Assembly (NCBI GenBank): GCA_019894975.1
Contig: JAGXNO010000010.1
Coordinates: 18,704 to 82,703, forward strand
DNA from: Promethearchaeota archaeon
GTDB taxonomy: Archaea; Asgardarchaeota; Lokiarchaeia; Sigyniarchaeales; SOKP01
Direction: 5' to 3'
DNA length: 64,000 nucleotides
A program made the position numbers and the translations under genes. Position 1 is the first letter of the stretch; the number at the start of each line of letters is the position of its first letter. The notes beneath the pieces were generated by a model. That model made no database searches, was not told the DNA's origin, and saw nothing but the letters and a program-made list of their open reading frames with translations. Below are positions 19,886 to 29,216 of the stretch, piece after piece.

Positions 19886-21160
19886 CTATAAAGATTCTGG
19901 TGAAGTAATATACCCTTTTATGGCAGAGGCGGCAGCGATTGCAGGATTTGACAAATATATTTCACTTTCTGGATGTCCCATCCTACCAGTAAAGTTCCTA
20001 TTTGTCGTCGATATCGCTTTTTCTCCAGCAGCTAGGATCCCCATGTGTCCTCCTAAACAAGGACCACAGGTAGGTGTTGAAAAAATTGCACCAGCGTCAA
20101 TAAATATCTCAATTAATCCTTCCTTTAATGCTTGAAGATATATATTCTGAGTGCCTGGGATGACAATACATCTAACTTTGTGATGAATTTTTTGATTTTT
20201 CAAAATATTAGCAGCAATTCTTAAATCCTCTATACGACCATTTGTACAAGAACCTATTATTGATTGATCTATCTCCACCTTCATATTATCTACTTCTGAA
20301 ATGGACTTGGAATTTTCAGGCAACGGAGGAAGTGCAACCTGGGGTTCTATATCTTTGCATTCAAATTCTATAATTTCACTATAACCAGCGTTTTTATCAC
20401 TCTCATAAATTTTATAATTAGTTTTTCCTACTTTTTCTAAGTAATCTCTCGTGATTTTATCAGGTGTTATAATTCCGTTCTTCGCTCCCGCTTCAATTGC
20501 CATATTACACATTGTGAGTCTATTATCCATAGATAGGTTTTTAATAACATCTCCAGTAAACTCCATTGCTTTATAAGTCGCCCCATCAACTCCTATTTTG
20601 CCAATTGTATATAAAATTAAATCCTTTCCCGAAACCCATTTGTTCAAACTCCCAGAATAAACAAATTTTATCGATTCAGGTATTTTAAACCAGCACTTTC
20701 CTAATGCCATTGCAACACCCAAATCTGTGGAACCTACTCCAGTTGAAAAAGCACCAAGAGCCCCATAAGTGCAAGTATGAGAATCTGCACCAACAAAAGC
20801 CTCTCCAGGTCCTACCAAACCTTGTTCAGGTATGAGACAATGTTCAATTCCACCACGACCTACTTCAAAGTAATTCGAGATGTCATATTTGTAAGCAAAC
20901 TCTCTAAGTGTTTCACATTGTTTTGCTGAGGCAATATCTTTATTTGGTGTAAAATGATCAGGAGTTAAAATTATCTTAGTTTTATCAAAGAGACTTTTAT
21001 TTGATCCTTCAATCACTTTTTCAAACACTTCAATTGCAATAGGGGCTGTAATATCGTTAGCTAAGCATTTATCTATCTTGGCTAATATAAAATCTCCAGC
21101 AGTAGCAGACTTGTTTTCACAATGATCTCTTAAAATTTTCTCGGTTATTGTTAAGGCTAT
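19886..21160 (-). CDS. leuC: 3-isopropylmalate dehydratase large subunit (424 aa, apparent ATA start)
   Basis: [42 protein letters not shown]; conserved N-terminus [10 protein letters not shown]..ANDITAP lies upstream of the ORF-track start and begins at ATA after SD GGGGAGA and an in-frame TGA. Confidence 0.93.
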   Translation of the reverse strand: MALTITEKILRDHCENKSATAGDFILAKIDKCLANDITAPIAIEVFEKVIEGSNKSLFDKTKIILTPDHFTPNKDIASAKQCETLREFAYKYDISNYFEVGRGGIEHCLIPEQGLVGPGEAFVGADSHTCTYGALGAFSTGVGSTDLGVAMALGKCWFKIPESIKFVYSGSLNKWVSGKDLILYTIGKIGVDGATYKAMEFTGDVIKNLSMDNRLTMCNMAIEAGAKNGIITPDKITRDYLEKVGKTNYKIYESDKNAGYSEIIEFECKDIEPQVALPPLPENSKSISEVDNMKVEIDQSIIGSCTNGRIEDLRIAANILKNQKIHHKVRCIVIPGTQNIYLQALKEGLIEIFIDAGAIFSTPTCGPCLGGHMGILAAGEKAISTTNRNFTGRMGHPESEIYLSNPAIAAASAIKGYITSPESL

Positions 21161-21228
21161 GGGTATCTCCCCTTTTCAACACTCAAATTCTACCTAATGA
21201 TTAACTTATAAGAATACAAGAGTGTTTA

Positions 21229-22857
21229 TTAATTCTTAGATGCGTTTTTTTTCTTGAATCGCAACAATTTATTTAATCCTTTTAACAACGAGAGCACAGA
21301 ACTCATTACAATATCCTCATGGGTTGCACTTGCTTTTACAATGTGATTACTTTCAATATCCATAATTTCAATCGTTGAATGACCTAGGGCTTCAGTTCCT
21401 CCTGTTATCGCATCAATTTGATAATTCAATAATTTAATTTTACTCATAGGTTCAAAGCATTTAATAATTGCGTTGACTGATGCATCAACAGGTCCGACCC
21501 CAATTGATGAGGCGACTTTTATGATACTATTTCCATTATCATCAATCTTTAAACGAACTGTAGATGTGGGTGTAATAGAGCCAGTTAAAACAGTTAATTC
21601 TTCAAGTTTTACAAATTGATCCTCTTCGGGTAGTTCTCCGATAACATCTTTGAGTATTGCAAAGAAATCTTCTTCTTTAACCTCATGTCCTTTGTCACCA
21701 AAAGCCTTAACATGCCCCATGATATTAGAAAATTGGTCATCCGAAGTATGAATACCTAAATCTTCTAATTTTGCCTTAAGTGCATGCCCTCCAGTATGTT
21801 TCCCTAACTTTATCGATTGCTTAATAATGTCTTCTACATTATCGGTGCGTTTAATTCCTATTAATTCAGGTGTTATTGGTTCGTATGCACGAGCATGTTG
21901 AATCATTGCATGAGCATGAATACCTGATTCGTGTGCAAAGGCATTTTGACCAATTAGAGGAGTCAAACGTCCAATTGTGATTTTTCCCCCACATAAGCTT
22001 TCTACTAATTTTGCTGTTGGAAAAATCAATCTTGTATTTATATTCATCGGGATCCTATATAAAGCATATAGAGACATGGCAGTTTCTTCAAATGACGCAT
22101 TTCCTGTTCTTTCTCCTAATCCTAATATTGTTGTTTGGGCTTCGGAAGCACCATTTTCAAATCCGGCTATTGTATTTGCCACACCCAAACCAAAATCATT
22201 ATGACAATGTACCGCAATCCTTACATCTTTAGGTAATGATTCATAATTTTTTCTCACGATATATCCATATGCAGTTGGAGATATTGTACCTACAGTATCA
22301 GGAATATTTATTCGAGTAGCTCCGCTTTCGACAGCAGCTTGATTCACCTTAATTAAATAATCTAAATCTGTACGTGTCGCATCTTCAGCTGAAAATTCAA
22401 TTTCAGAATAATGTTCTTTTGCATAAGAAATCAATTCTATAACACTATTAAGAACTTCTTCTCTCGTCATTTTAAGCTTTTCTTTTAAGTGTAAGTCCGA
22501 GGTTGCAATAAATACATGTATCGAATCCATATCTGCTTCAATAACCTTATCAATATCAACTTTTTTAATACGAGCTAACCCTATTATTTCTGAATCTAAC
22601 CCTAGCTTAGAAATCTCCTTACAAGCTTCAAAATCACCCGGAGATATTACTGGAAATCCCGCTTCAATAACATCAATACCCAATGCATTTAATGATTGGG
22701 CTATAGATATTTTTTCTTTAAGAGCAAAACTAATTCCTGGCGTTTGTTCCCCATCACGAAGTGTCGTGTCGAAGAAGTATGCTTTTTTGGGCAGGATTAA
22801 ATCTCCTCGAATTTTTTCCATCATATCGGAAACCATTATATCACTTTTTTCATTCAT
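21229..22857 (-). CDS. leuA: 2-isopropylmalate synthase (LeuA/CimA family) with C-terminal regulatory domain
   Basis: FDTTLRDGEQTPG, HCHND.G, GLGER.GNA, AFAHESGIH, GKHTG, GVGPVDA. Confidence 0.9.
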   Translation of the reverse strand: MNEKSDIMVSDMMEKIRGDLILPKKAYFFDTTLRDGEQTPGISFALKEKISIAQSLNALGIDVIEAGFPVISPGDFEACKEISKLGLDSEIIGLARIKKVDIDKVIEADMDSIHVFIATSDLHLKEKLKMTREEVLNSVIELISYAKEHYSEIEFSAEDATRTDLDYLIKVNQAAVESGATRINIPDTVGTISPTAYGYIVRKNYESLPKDVRIAVHCHNDFGLGVANTIAGFENGASEAQTTILGLGERTGNASFEETAMSLYALYRIPMNINTRLIFPTAKLVESLCGGKITIGRLTPLIGQNAFAHESGIHAHAMIQHARAYEPITPELIGIKRTDNVEDIIKQSIKLGKHTGGHALKAKLEDLGIHTSDDQFSNIMGHVKAFGDKGHEVKEEDFFAILKDVIGELPEEDQFVKLEELTVLTGSITPTSTVRLKIDDNGNSIIKVASSIGVGPVDASVNAIIKCFEPMSKIKLLNYQIDAITGGTEALGHSTIEIMDIESNHIVKASATHEDIVMSSVLSLLKGLNKLLRFKKKNASKN

Positions 22858-22893
22858 TATTTTTGACCTTCTTAAATTTCTTTATTTCTTAAC

Positions 22894-23003
22894 AATCCTT
22901 TTACCGTTGTGAGAAAAGTAATGTAAATTAATCCTCACAAGGAAAAGGATTTATAATAATAAGTTTAAATCTAATTCACGTAAACACAATCCTAGTGAGG
23001 AAT
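22894..23003 (-). promoter_or_regulatory. Candidate leucine attenuator with alternative RNA helices 1:2 and 2:3
   Basis: Seg1 UCCUCACUAGGA (23001-22990) pairs 11/12 with seg2 UCCUUGUGAGGA (22943-22932); seg2 AUCCUUUUCCUUGUGAG (22950-22934) alternatively pairs with seg3 CUCACAACGGUAAAAGGAU (22913-22895). Confidence 0.7.
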
Positions 23004-23058
23004 AACACTTCGAAATATTTCTTAAGTTAGATTCGAGTGATGGGTGAAGTGTTCTCAT
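22951..23058 (-). CDS. Putative leu operon leader peptide (35 aa, 11 Leu)
   Basis: MRTLHPSLESNLRNISKCYSSLGLCLRELDLNLLL*; 8 Leu in the last 14 codons; TATA-like TTTTATAAAA at 23092-23083; further in-frame ATG at 23073. Confidence 0.72.
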   Translation of the reverse strand: MRTLHPSLESNLRNISKCYSSLGLCLRELDLNLLL

Positions 23059-23264
23059 TCTCAATAATCTCATAGTATTGTATTTTATAAAATAAATTGC
23101 TTGTAGTTTTAAAAATATTACGATAAATTCTTCTCAAATTCTTATTAATTCTGACAGAATCCTTAGTACAAATTTAAATAAAATTATATGGGGAACTTTA
23201 TTCCTTAACGCTTTTTATACCAATCTCATTTTATTCATTTAGAAACAATTTGGTTTAAATAAAA

Positions 23265-23945
23265 ATGAGAAAAGCAAATAAAATATTAATTGGAACCTTT
23301 GCTTTAATGATACTATTTACCATAGTAAGCATAAATACGGCGGTTGCTGCAGATACATCAGTTGAAGTAAATGATGATCATTATCAAGCAAGAATACAAG
23401 CAAATAACAGTGTAATGTTTACATTTCGACAGAGGACAAGACTTTCATTTAGTTCAACAGTGAACATGGATGTAGATATTAATTGTGATGCTTTAAGAAT
23501 TGGTGTGAAATCGTTCGAAATTGAAGTTGATTGCGATCAAGACATGGCAATGAACATGACTTGTACTGAAGAACAAGCTGAATTAGGATTATTGTTGGGA
23601 AATAGAACCACAGTACGAAACCGACATAGATATTTGTACCAGGAAGGCTTTTGTATTTCACTACAATGTAATTACTCCGGTGATTTTCAAGCTAAACTAA
23701 AAATCGAAGCAAACAATCAAAATCGCATGGGAACATGGGCATACTATGACGAGGTTTCAGAGGAATGGGTTTCAGTTCCAACCTCCATAGAAGACGGTTA
23801 TTTAGTTACTGAGACAGACCATTTTTCCTATTGGACTATATTAATCCCTGAATCCGATAATAATTTCGTATTTTACATCGGTTTAATTGGTATTGTAGGG
23901 ATTATAGCCGTAATATCAGTTATATATCTTAGAAAACGAGATTAA
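23265..23945 (+). CDS. Surface protein: signal peptide, beta-rich ectodomain ending in TDHFS, C-terminal TM anchor
   Basis: Signal MRKANKILIG..AVAA; WAYYDE..EWVSVPT..ETDHFSYWTIL; TM followed by RKRD. Confidence 0.8.
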   Translation: MRKANKILIGTFALMILFTIVSINTAVAADTSVEVNDDHYQARIQANNSVMFTFRQRTRLSFSSTVNMDVDINCDALRIGVKSFEIEVDCDQDMAMNMTCTEEQAELGLLLGNRTTVRNRHRYLYQEGFCISLQCNYSGDFQAKLKIEANNQNRMGTWAYYDEVSEEWVSVPTSIEDGYLVTETDHFSYWTILIPESDNNFVFYIGLIGIVGIIAVISVIYLRKRD

Positions 23946-24022
23946 AAGCAAAGAGAAGTTTAAATATTTTTTTTTTATTTTTTAGATAAACATATGTAGG
24001 AATAATAATAACATAAAAATAA

Positions 24023-25285
24023 TTGACTCATAAAAATAAAATTAACAGGGCAAGGCGCAAAGTAAGCCTAGTATTATCATTTGTTATCCTCTTTGAGATA
24101 ACTTTATTTTTAACTAATGGCTTTGCAAGAGTAGAAAATGTCCCAGAATTTTGGAAAACGGACACTGTAAATCCCGATGAGTTTGTATCTTATCGTTTTC
24201 CAAACGATATAATCTTTGATATTAATACAACTTCGAAGATTGAACTATCTATACAATATGAAACCAGAATTAGCAATCGTCAAGCCTTTTTTTCATTTAA
24301 CCATAATGAATCAATTTCTTTAAATATAACATCAAAGACAAGCATGAAGAATTTTGGCTTACCCAATATACCTAGCGCACCCAAAAAAGGAAGTTTTCAA
24401 TTAAGATATCAATATAATTGTATTTTTAGAATACAGTCAAACTCTTCACTTGAGAATTTCACTATAAGATATCGCAAAACACATCAATTCGGATTAAATT
24501 CGAAAATAAACTATTCCGTAGCTATATTTGAAGCAAGTCAAGAAGCATGGGAATTAGTTGAAACAGAAGAAAAATTGAATCAATCCAGTGCTGAATTGTA
24601 TTTAGAGAGCCCCCTTCCGGAAATTGAAAGTCAGACTGAATATTACGTAACCGTCTTTGAGTTCACAACAGCACCATTTGATTGGACTTGGTTAATTTTC
24701 ACGATTATGATAATTGGGGCCAGTATACTATCAGTGGCATTTCTTATATCAAAAAAAGACTATTTCCAATATTTGAGAAAAAGAACTGTATCCATTGAAA
24801 AAGGAGCTCACAGATTATCTTTAGATAAGGTGTTAGAAAATGAAAATAGAAACAAGATTATTGAACTCATTTTAAATGAACCTGGTATCCATTTCAACGA
24901 ATTACTAAGAAAAACAGGTCTTGCTGCAGGGAATTTAGTTTGGCATCTTGATATCTTACAGACATTTAAAATAGTTGGTAAAAAGCGAATAGGTAACTTT
25001 ATCGCTTATTTCCCTTATTATCAGAAGAATCCAATTTCTAATGTAGATTTGAAACTTCAAAAAAGTAAACTTACCTTAGAAATACTAGAAATGATCGAAA
25101 ATGAACCTGGTACATGGAATAATTTGATTACGAAAAAATTCAAGGTCGACCATAAAACAATCCATTATCACTTGAGCAAGTTACAGGAACTTGGACTTAT
25201 TAAATTAGAAAAAGAGGGAAGAAAAAACAAGATTTATCCAAATTTTGATTCTGATTACTATAAACACAAGAACAACGCCAAGTAG
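24023..25285 (+). CDS. Membrane-tethered transcriptional regulator (ectodomain + TM + tandem wHTH)
   Basis: N-terminal signal/TM, ectodomain, TM, then VLENENRNKIIELILNEPGIHFNEL..WHL..L and a second ArsR-like HTH (TIHYHLSKL..GLI..EGR). Confidence 0.82.
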   Translation: MTHKNKINRARRKVSLVLSFVILFEITLFLTNGFARVENVPEFWKTDTVNPDEFVSYRFPNDIIFDINTTSKIELSIQYETRISNRQAFFSFNHNESISLNITSKTSMKNFGLPNIPSAPKKGSFQLRYQYNCIFRIQSNSSLENFTIRYRKTHQFGLNSKINYSVAIFEASQEAWELVETEEKLNQSSAELYLESPLPEIESQTEYYVTVFEFTTAPFDWTWLIFTIMIIGASILSVAFLISKKDYFQYLRKRTVSIEKGAHRLSLDKVLENENRNKIIELILNEPGIHFNELLRKTGLAAGNLVWHLDILQTFKIVGKKRIGNFIAYFPYYQKNPISNVDLKLQKSKLTLEILEMIENEPGTWNNLITKKFKVDHKTIHYHLSKLQELGLIKLEKEGRKNKIYPNFDSDYYKHKNNAK

Positions 25286-25386
25286 AATAGATTACAAAAT
25301 CTCTTTTTTACACTTTTTTTAATTTGAGAATTATAAGTTATTTTAGTAGCATTTTTAATAGATTTTAGATATAAGAAGATCAAATT

Positions 25387-25914
25387 TTGAGTTTTTCAGG
25401 AAAAATTATAATGATTGAGCCTAAAGCATTTTTAGAATTAATTAAGGAGAGAAGAAGTATTAGAGCATTTTTAGATAAACCAATTCCAGAAGAAGAAATA
25501 GAAATGATTCTTGAAGCGGGACGTTGGGCACCCTCTGCTTCCAATAGACAACCTTGGAATTTTATCCTCATCAAGAATAAAAATATTCTAAAGGAATTAG
25601 CAAGGGTTACCGGTTATGGTTATTTTATTGCTGAAGCTTCATTTGCCGTAGCTATTGTAGGGAAAACAAAAGTAAGCGGTAACTGGTATGTAATCGATAC
25701 TTCCTTAGTTTCAATGAACATGATGTTAATGGCCTGGTCTTTAGGAATAGGTACTTGTTGGATTGGATCAATGAATAAAGATAAAGCAAAGCAATTATTA
25801 GGGTTAGGTAAAAACGACTATTTGTTAACAGTTCTTCCTTTTGGGTATATCCAAGGAGGTATACCAGAACCTACTTACCGGCACCCTCTTAAGAATATCA
25901 TTAAGGAACTATAA
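25387..25914 (+). CDS. Nitroreductase family protein
   Basis: RRSIRAF, AGRWAPSASNRQPW, LGIGTCWIG; true start may be the ATG at 25411. Confidence 0.92.
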   Translation: MSFSGKIIMIEPKAFLELIKERRSIRAFLDKPIPEEEIEMILEAGRWAPSASNRQPWNFILIKNKNILKELARVTGYGYFIAEASFAVAIVGKTKVSGNWYVIDTSLVSMNMMLMAWSLGIGTCWIGSMNKDKAKQLLGLGKNDYLLTVLPFGYIQGGIPEPTYRHPLKNIIKEL

Positions 25915-25966
25915 CTTTAGTAGTTCTAAATGAGAGATATAAATAAAAATAATTTAATTTTCGATT

Positions 25967-26479
25967 ATGTTCGTTAAAGTAACAATAATAGGGGATACCC
26001 ACGTAAAATCTATTAATGAAATACCTAATGAGATGATAAAGGAAATAAAAAAGTCTGATTGGGTAATACATGTCGGTGACTACACCTTTGTAGATGTTTT
26101 ACATGGCTTAATTGAATTAAAGGGGAATTATTTTAGGGGTGTTTATGGTAATGCTGATCCAAAACCGATTTGGGATAAAGTACCTTTAAAAGAAGTTATT
26201 GAAATTAAAGGGAAAAGAATTGGAATTACACATCCTGCGAGTGGTGGTTCACACGAGAATATACAAACCAAAGTTATAGCAGAATTTAAGAACGATAACG
26301 TTGATATTATAATCTTTGGTCATACTCATAAACCTAGTATTCATTATAAAGAAAATCTCATAATTATAAATCCTGGAAAGGGTTATTTAGAGAAAGCTTA
26401 CTATGGACCTTCTACTACCATTGCTATCCTTGAAATCGATGATGATATTCGAGCAAGTATAAAAGAAATCAGGGCCTAG
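25967..26479 (+). CDS. YfcE/MJ0936 (Vps29-like) metallophosphoesterase
   Basis: GDTH, HVGD, GNAD, TH, FGHTH, NPG. Confidence 0.9.
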   Translation: MFVKVTIIGDTHVKSINEIPNEMIKEIKKSDWVIHVGDYTFVDVLHGLIELKGNYFRGVYGNADPKPIWDKVPLKEVIEIKGKRIGITHPASGGSHENIQTKVIAEFKNDNVDIIIFGHTHKPSIHYKENLIIINPGKGYLEKAYYGPSTTIAILEIDDDIRASIKEIRA

Positions 26480-26519
26480 AATTGAATTATCCATGAATTA
26501 ACTCAAATAAGCCATTTAA

Positions 26520-26809
26520 TTATATTATAAATATAGCAATAGCTATAACTGTTACCCATTCGCCAATGATCTTAACTTTAGCTGTTTTAGTAATGTTTTT
26601 CGTTTCAATAGTTGTTCCGTTAATTTTTAATATTTCTTGCTTTCCTTTAAAATCAGATTACAAAATGGGGGAATGATTGAAGAAACTTTAACAATACTGA
26701 ATCTTTCAATGCCTGCATCTCTTAATGCTTCTTCAAATGAGCGTAATTCTGAATTTCTCGAGAATCCTGTTCCTTTAACAAAAAATATCTTCTTTGGTAC
26801 AAAACTCAT
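26520..26809 (-). pseudogene. pdaD: Pyruvoyl-dependent arginine decarboxylase, internally deleted and frameshifted
   Basis: N-part [32 protein letters not shown] stops after 60 aa; C-terminal piece [36 protein letters not shown] follows in another frame. Confidence 0.8.
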
Positions 26810-26900
26810 GTTTTTTTTTAAGGATTAAAGGTTGTGTGTTCAACTTATTTACTTTTAATGATTATATACTATTTAAAATTTCTAACATATTAGTTAACTT

Positions 26901-27890
26901 ATGTCGCATTTTCAAAAAGAAGATTATTTAAAAAAGAAAGTCTTTCCTATTGATGTTAAAGCAATACAAAATATTGATGATCTTTTAACATCTCTTAAGA
27001 GGTGTGGATTTCAAGGGAGAAATTTGGGTATTGCTCTTGATATCCTTTACAAGATGGTAAGTTCAGATGATATTTTAACAGTTTTAACTTTAAGTGGCGC
27101 AATGGTCCCTGCGGGAATGGGAGAAATAATTAGCGCTTTAATAGAGAACAAACTGATTGATGTATTAATTAGCACTGGTGCTAATATAACTCATGATTTG
27201 ATAGATTCAACATGCAATATAGGACATTATCTAGGAGATCCTAATGTAGATGACACTGAATTGTTTAATTTTAGAATAAATCGAATTTATGATATTTTTC
27301 TTCCTGAAAGTAGTTATGATATAGCCGATAAGCAATTATTTGAGATTATTGAGAAAATATATGAAACAAAAAATATACATGAAACTCCATCTAATTTTCT
27401 GAAAAAAATAGGAGAGGAATTACCCAATCGATGTATCTTATCAGTAGCGGCTAAAAATGATATCCCCATATTTGTCCCTGCTTTTTCAGATTCAGAATTT
27501 GCATTAAAACTGTTAAAATATGAATATTATAATGATTATGATTTTCAATTTGATATTTTAGAGGATGTAAAAAATTATGCTGATATTATTAGAAAATCAA
27601 AAGAATATGGCTCTATAATAGTAGGTGGGGGTGTTCCAAGGAATTGGGCGCAACAGATATTTCCAATGTTAGATGAATTTGATAATATTGAAAGACTTGG
27701 TTATAACTACTCAGTTCGTATACACACCGCAACAGAATATGATGGGGGGCTTTCAGGAAGTACGTTTTCAGAAGCAAGGTCTTGGGGTAAATATGATTTA
27801 GAATCCAAACATGTAAGTGTCTGGTGTGACGCTACAATCGCTTTACCGATTTTAATTTCAGGATTATTCCAACGATTGAAAATAATTTAA
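26901..27890 (+). CDS. dys: Deoxyhypusine synthase family protein
   Basis: GFQGRNLG, SGAM.PAG, STGAN, PAFSDS, GGGVPRNW, DGGLSG..EARSWGK (catalytic Lys present), DATIALP. Confidence 0.9.
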   Translation: MSHFQKEDYLKKKVFPIDVKAIQNIDDLLTSLKRCGFQGRNLGIALDILYKMVSSDDILTVLTLSGAMVPAGMGEIISALIENKLIDVLISTGANITHDLIDSTCNIGHYLGDPNVDDTELFNFRINRIYDIFLPESSYDIADKQLFEIIEKIYETKNIHETPSNFLKKIGEELPNRCILSVAAKNDIPIFVPAFSDSEFALKLLKYEYYNDYDFQFDILEDVKNYADIIRKSKEYGSIIVGGGVPRNWAQQIFPMLDEFDNIERLGYNYSVRIHTATEYDGGLSGSTFSEARSWGKYDLESKHVSVWCDATIALPILISGLFQRLKII

Positions 27891-27896
27891 AAATTT

Positions 27897-29201
27897 TTAA
27901 TTATCCTCTAGTTTTATAGCATTGTTTAAAAGACTATAAGCTTTTTCTCTCTCATTTTCTTCAAGCGAGCAATCTGTTATCTTCCAAAATCTATATTCAT
28001 GATTAAAATAAGCAGCACAATTGTTTCTTATCTTTTCAGGGCAGTTTGTAATTTGCCAGCACTGAAATTTTCTACTTTCAAAGATTTTATGGATTTTCTT
28101 AGGGAGTCTCTTGTAATTGAAATCTGTTTCTTTTAGATATGAGTCTAAATTATTTGAGTTATAAGTGTTCCAGAATAATACTTTTCTATCCTTATTTTCT
28201 CTATCTGCTAAATAATCGAACATAGCAGCCATAGCTTTTCCTGTATAGGTAGTATCTAAATGAAACCCTTTGTCTTTCCCTTCTAATTCGTAAATACTAT
28301 CTACTGCATTTTGACTTTTTATTGTTTTTATTCCATATCCCGAACCTAAATATCCTCTAATAAAATCAAAATCATTTTCGCTTATTTTGATTCTTGGAAT
28401 TTCTGTGTCTCGTTTGTGCAAAAACTTGATTGCTTTATTTGCATTTCTAGTAACGGTAGATGGATTTGCAGTCATATTGGTATAAACAGCTACAACATTG
28501 ATTTTTGAATTTAATCCTGATAACTTGCATCCTGCAATTAAACCCGCACTAGAACCCGTTGATGCTCCAGCAATAAAAATTTCATCTGGTTCAGGAATTT
28601 GATTTCTATCTATTTGTTCTTTTAATTCAAAAGCAGCATTAATAAAACCTAAAGTCCCTAAAGATGTTCCAAAACCAAAAAGAGGTGATCCTCCTGGAAG
28701 CATAAAATAATATTTTGGTTTGCGTATTTGAAATAATAAAGTTTTTATGAAAGTAGTAATATCACTTCCAACGGGATGAAATTTTGCGCCAAAATAATCG
28801 AATAATAGTAATGAACGTTGTACATGCCAAGTTATTGGTTGAGAAAATAGAAATATATCGCACCTTAAGGGTAAATCCAATTCTTTACACATTATAGCAC
28901 AAGCTAATCCATGATTAGTACCAAATCCTCCAAAAGTAATAATCCCTTTCTTTTTTTTTTTTACTACATCCCCAAAAATAAATTCAAACTTTCGGAGCTT
29001 ATTTCCCCCATAAATGTGATGGCTTAGATCATCTCGTTTAATGTAAATTTGACCACTGGTGAGATAGAAATGTTGTTCTAATTTATTTAATCTCTCTACA
29101 GGTGTGGGTGTATTAGTAAGTAAAGGGATCCAAGGAACTTTTTCCTTTAATTTTGGATATATTTTGAATAAGATAGGTTCTGTCCTTTGCATATTTATCA
29201 A
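27897..29201 (-). CDS. D-cysteine desulfhydrase / ACC deaminase family PLP enzyme with Cys-Trp C-terminal extension
   Basis: PTPV, KRDD..GGNKLRK, TNH, PGGS, LDTTYTGK; tail CWQITNC..CAAY..FWKITDC. Confidence 0.85.
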   Translation of the reverse strand: MINMQRTEPILFKIYPKLKEKVPWIPLLTNTPTPVERLNKLEQHFYLTSGQIYIKRDDLSHHIYGGNKLRKFEFIFGDVVKKKKKGIITFGGFGTNHGLACAIMCKELDLPLRCDIFLFSQPITWHVQRSLLLFDYFGAKFHPVGSDITTFIKTLLFQIRKPKYYFMLPGGSPLFGFGTSLGTLGFINAAFELKEQIDRNQIPEPDEIFIAGASTGSSAGLIAGCKLSGLNSKINVVAVYTNMTANPSTVTRNANKAIKFLHKRDTEIPRIKISENDFDFIRGYLGSGYGIKTIKSQNAVDSIYELEGKDKGFHLDTTYTGKAMAAMFDYLADRENKDRKVLFWNTYNSNNLDSYLKETDFNYKRLPKKIHKIFESRKFQCWQITNCPEKIRNNCAAYFNHEYRFWKITDCSLEENEREKAYSLLNNAIKLEDN

Positions 29202-29216
29202 AATTAAAACAGATTA

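Noticed and set aside
22895-22950. 2:3 hairpin as a bacterial-type intrinsic terminator or SD sequestrator
   Set aside because: No U-run follows it and the leuA SD/start lie about 25-40 nt further downstream; treated instead as a possible antiterminator
25967-26479. Calling this gene retromer Vps29
   Set aside because: Metal-binding motifs are those of the widespread YfcE/MJ0936 phosphoesterases, with no retromer partners nearby
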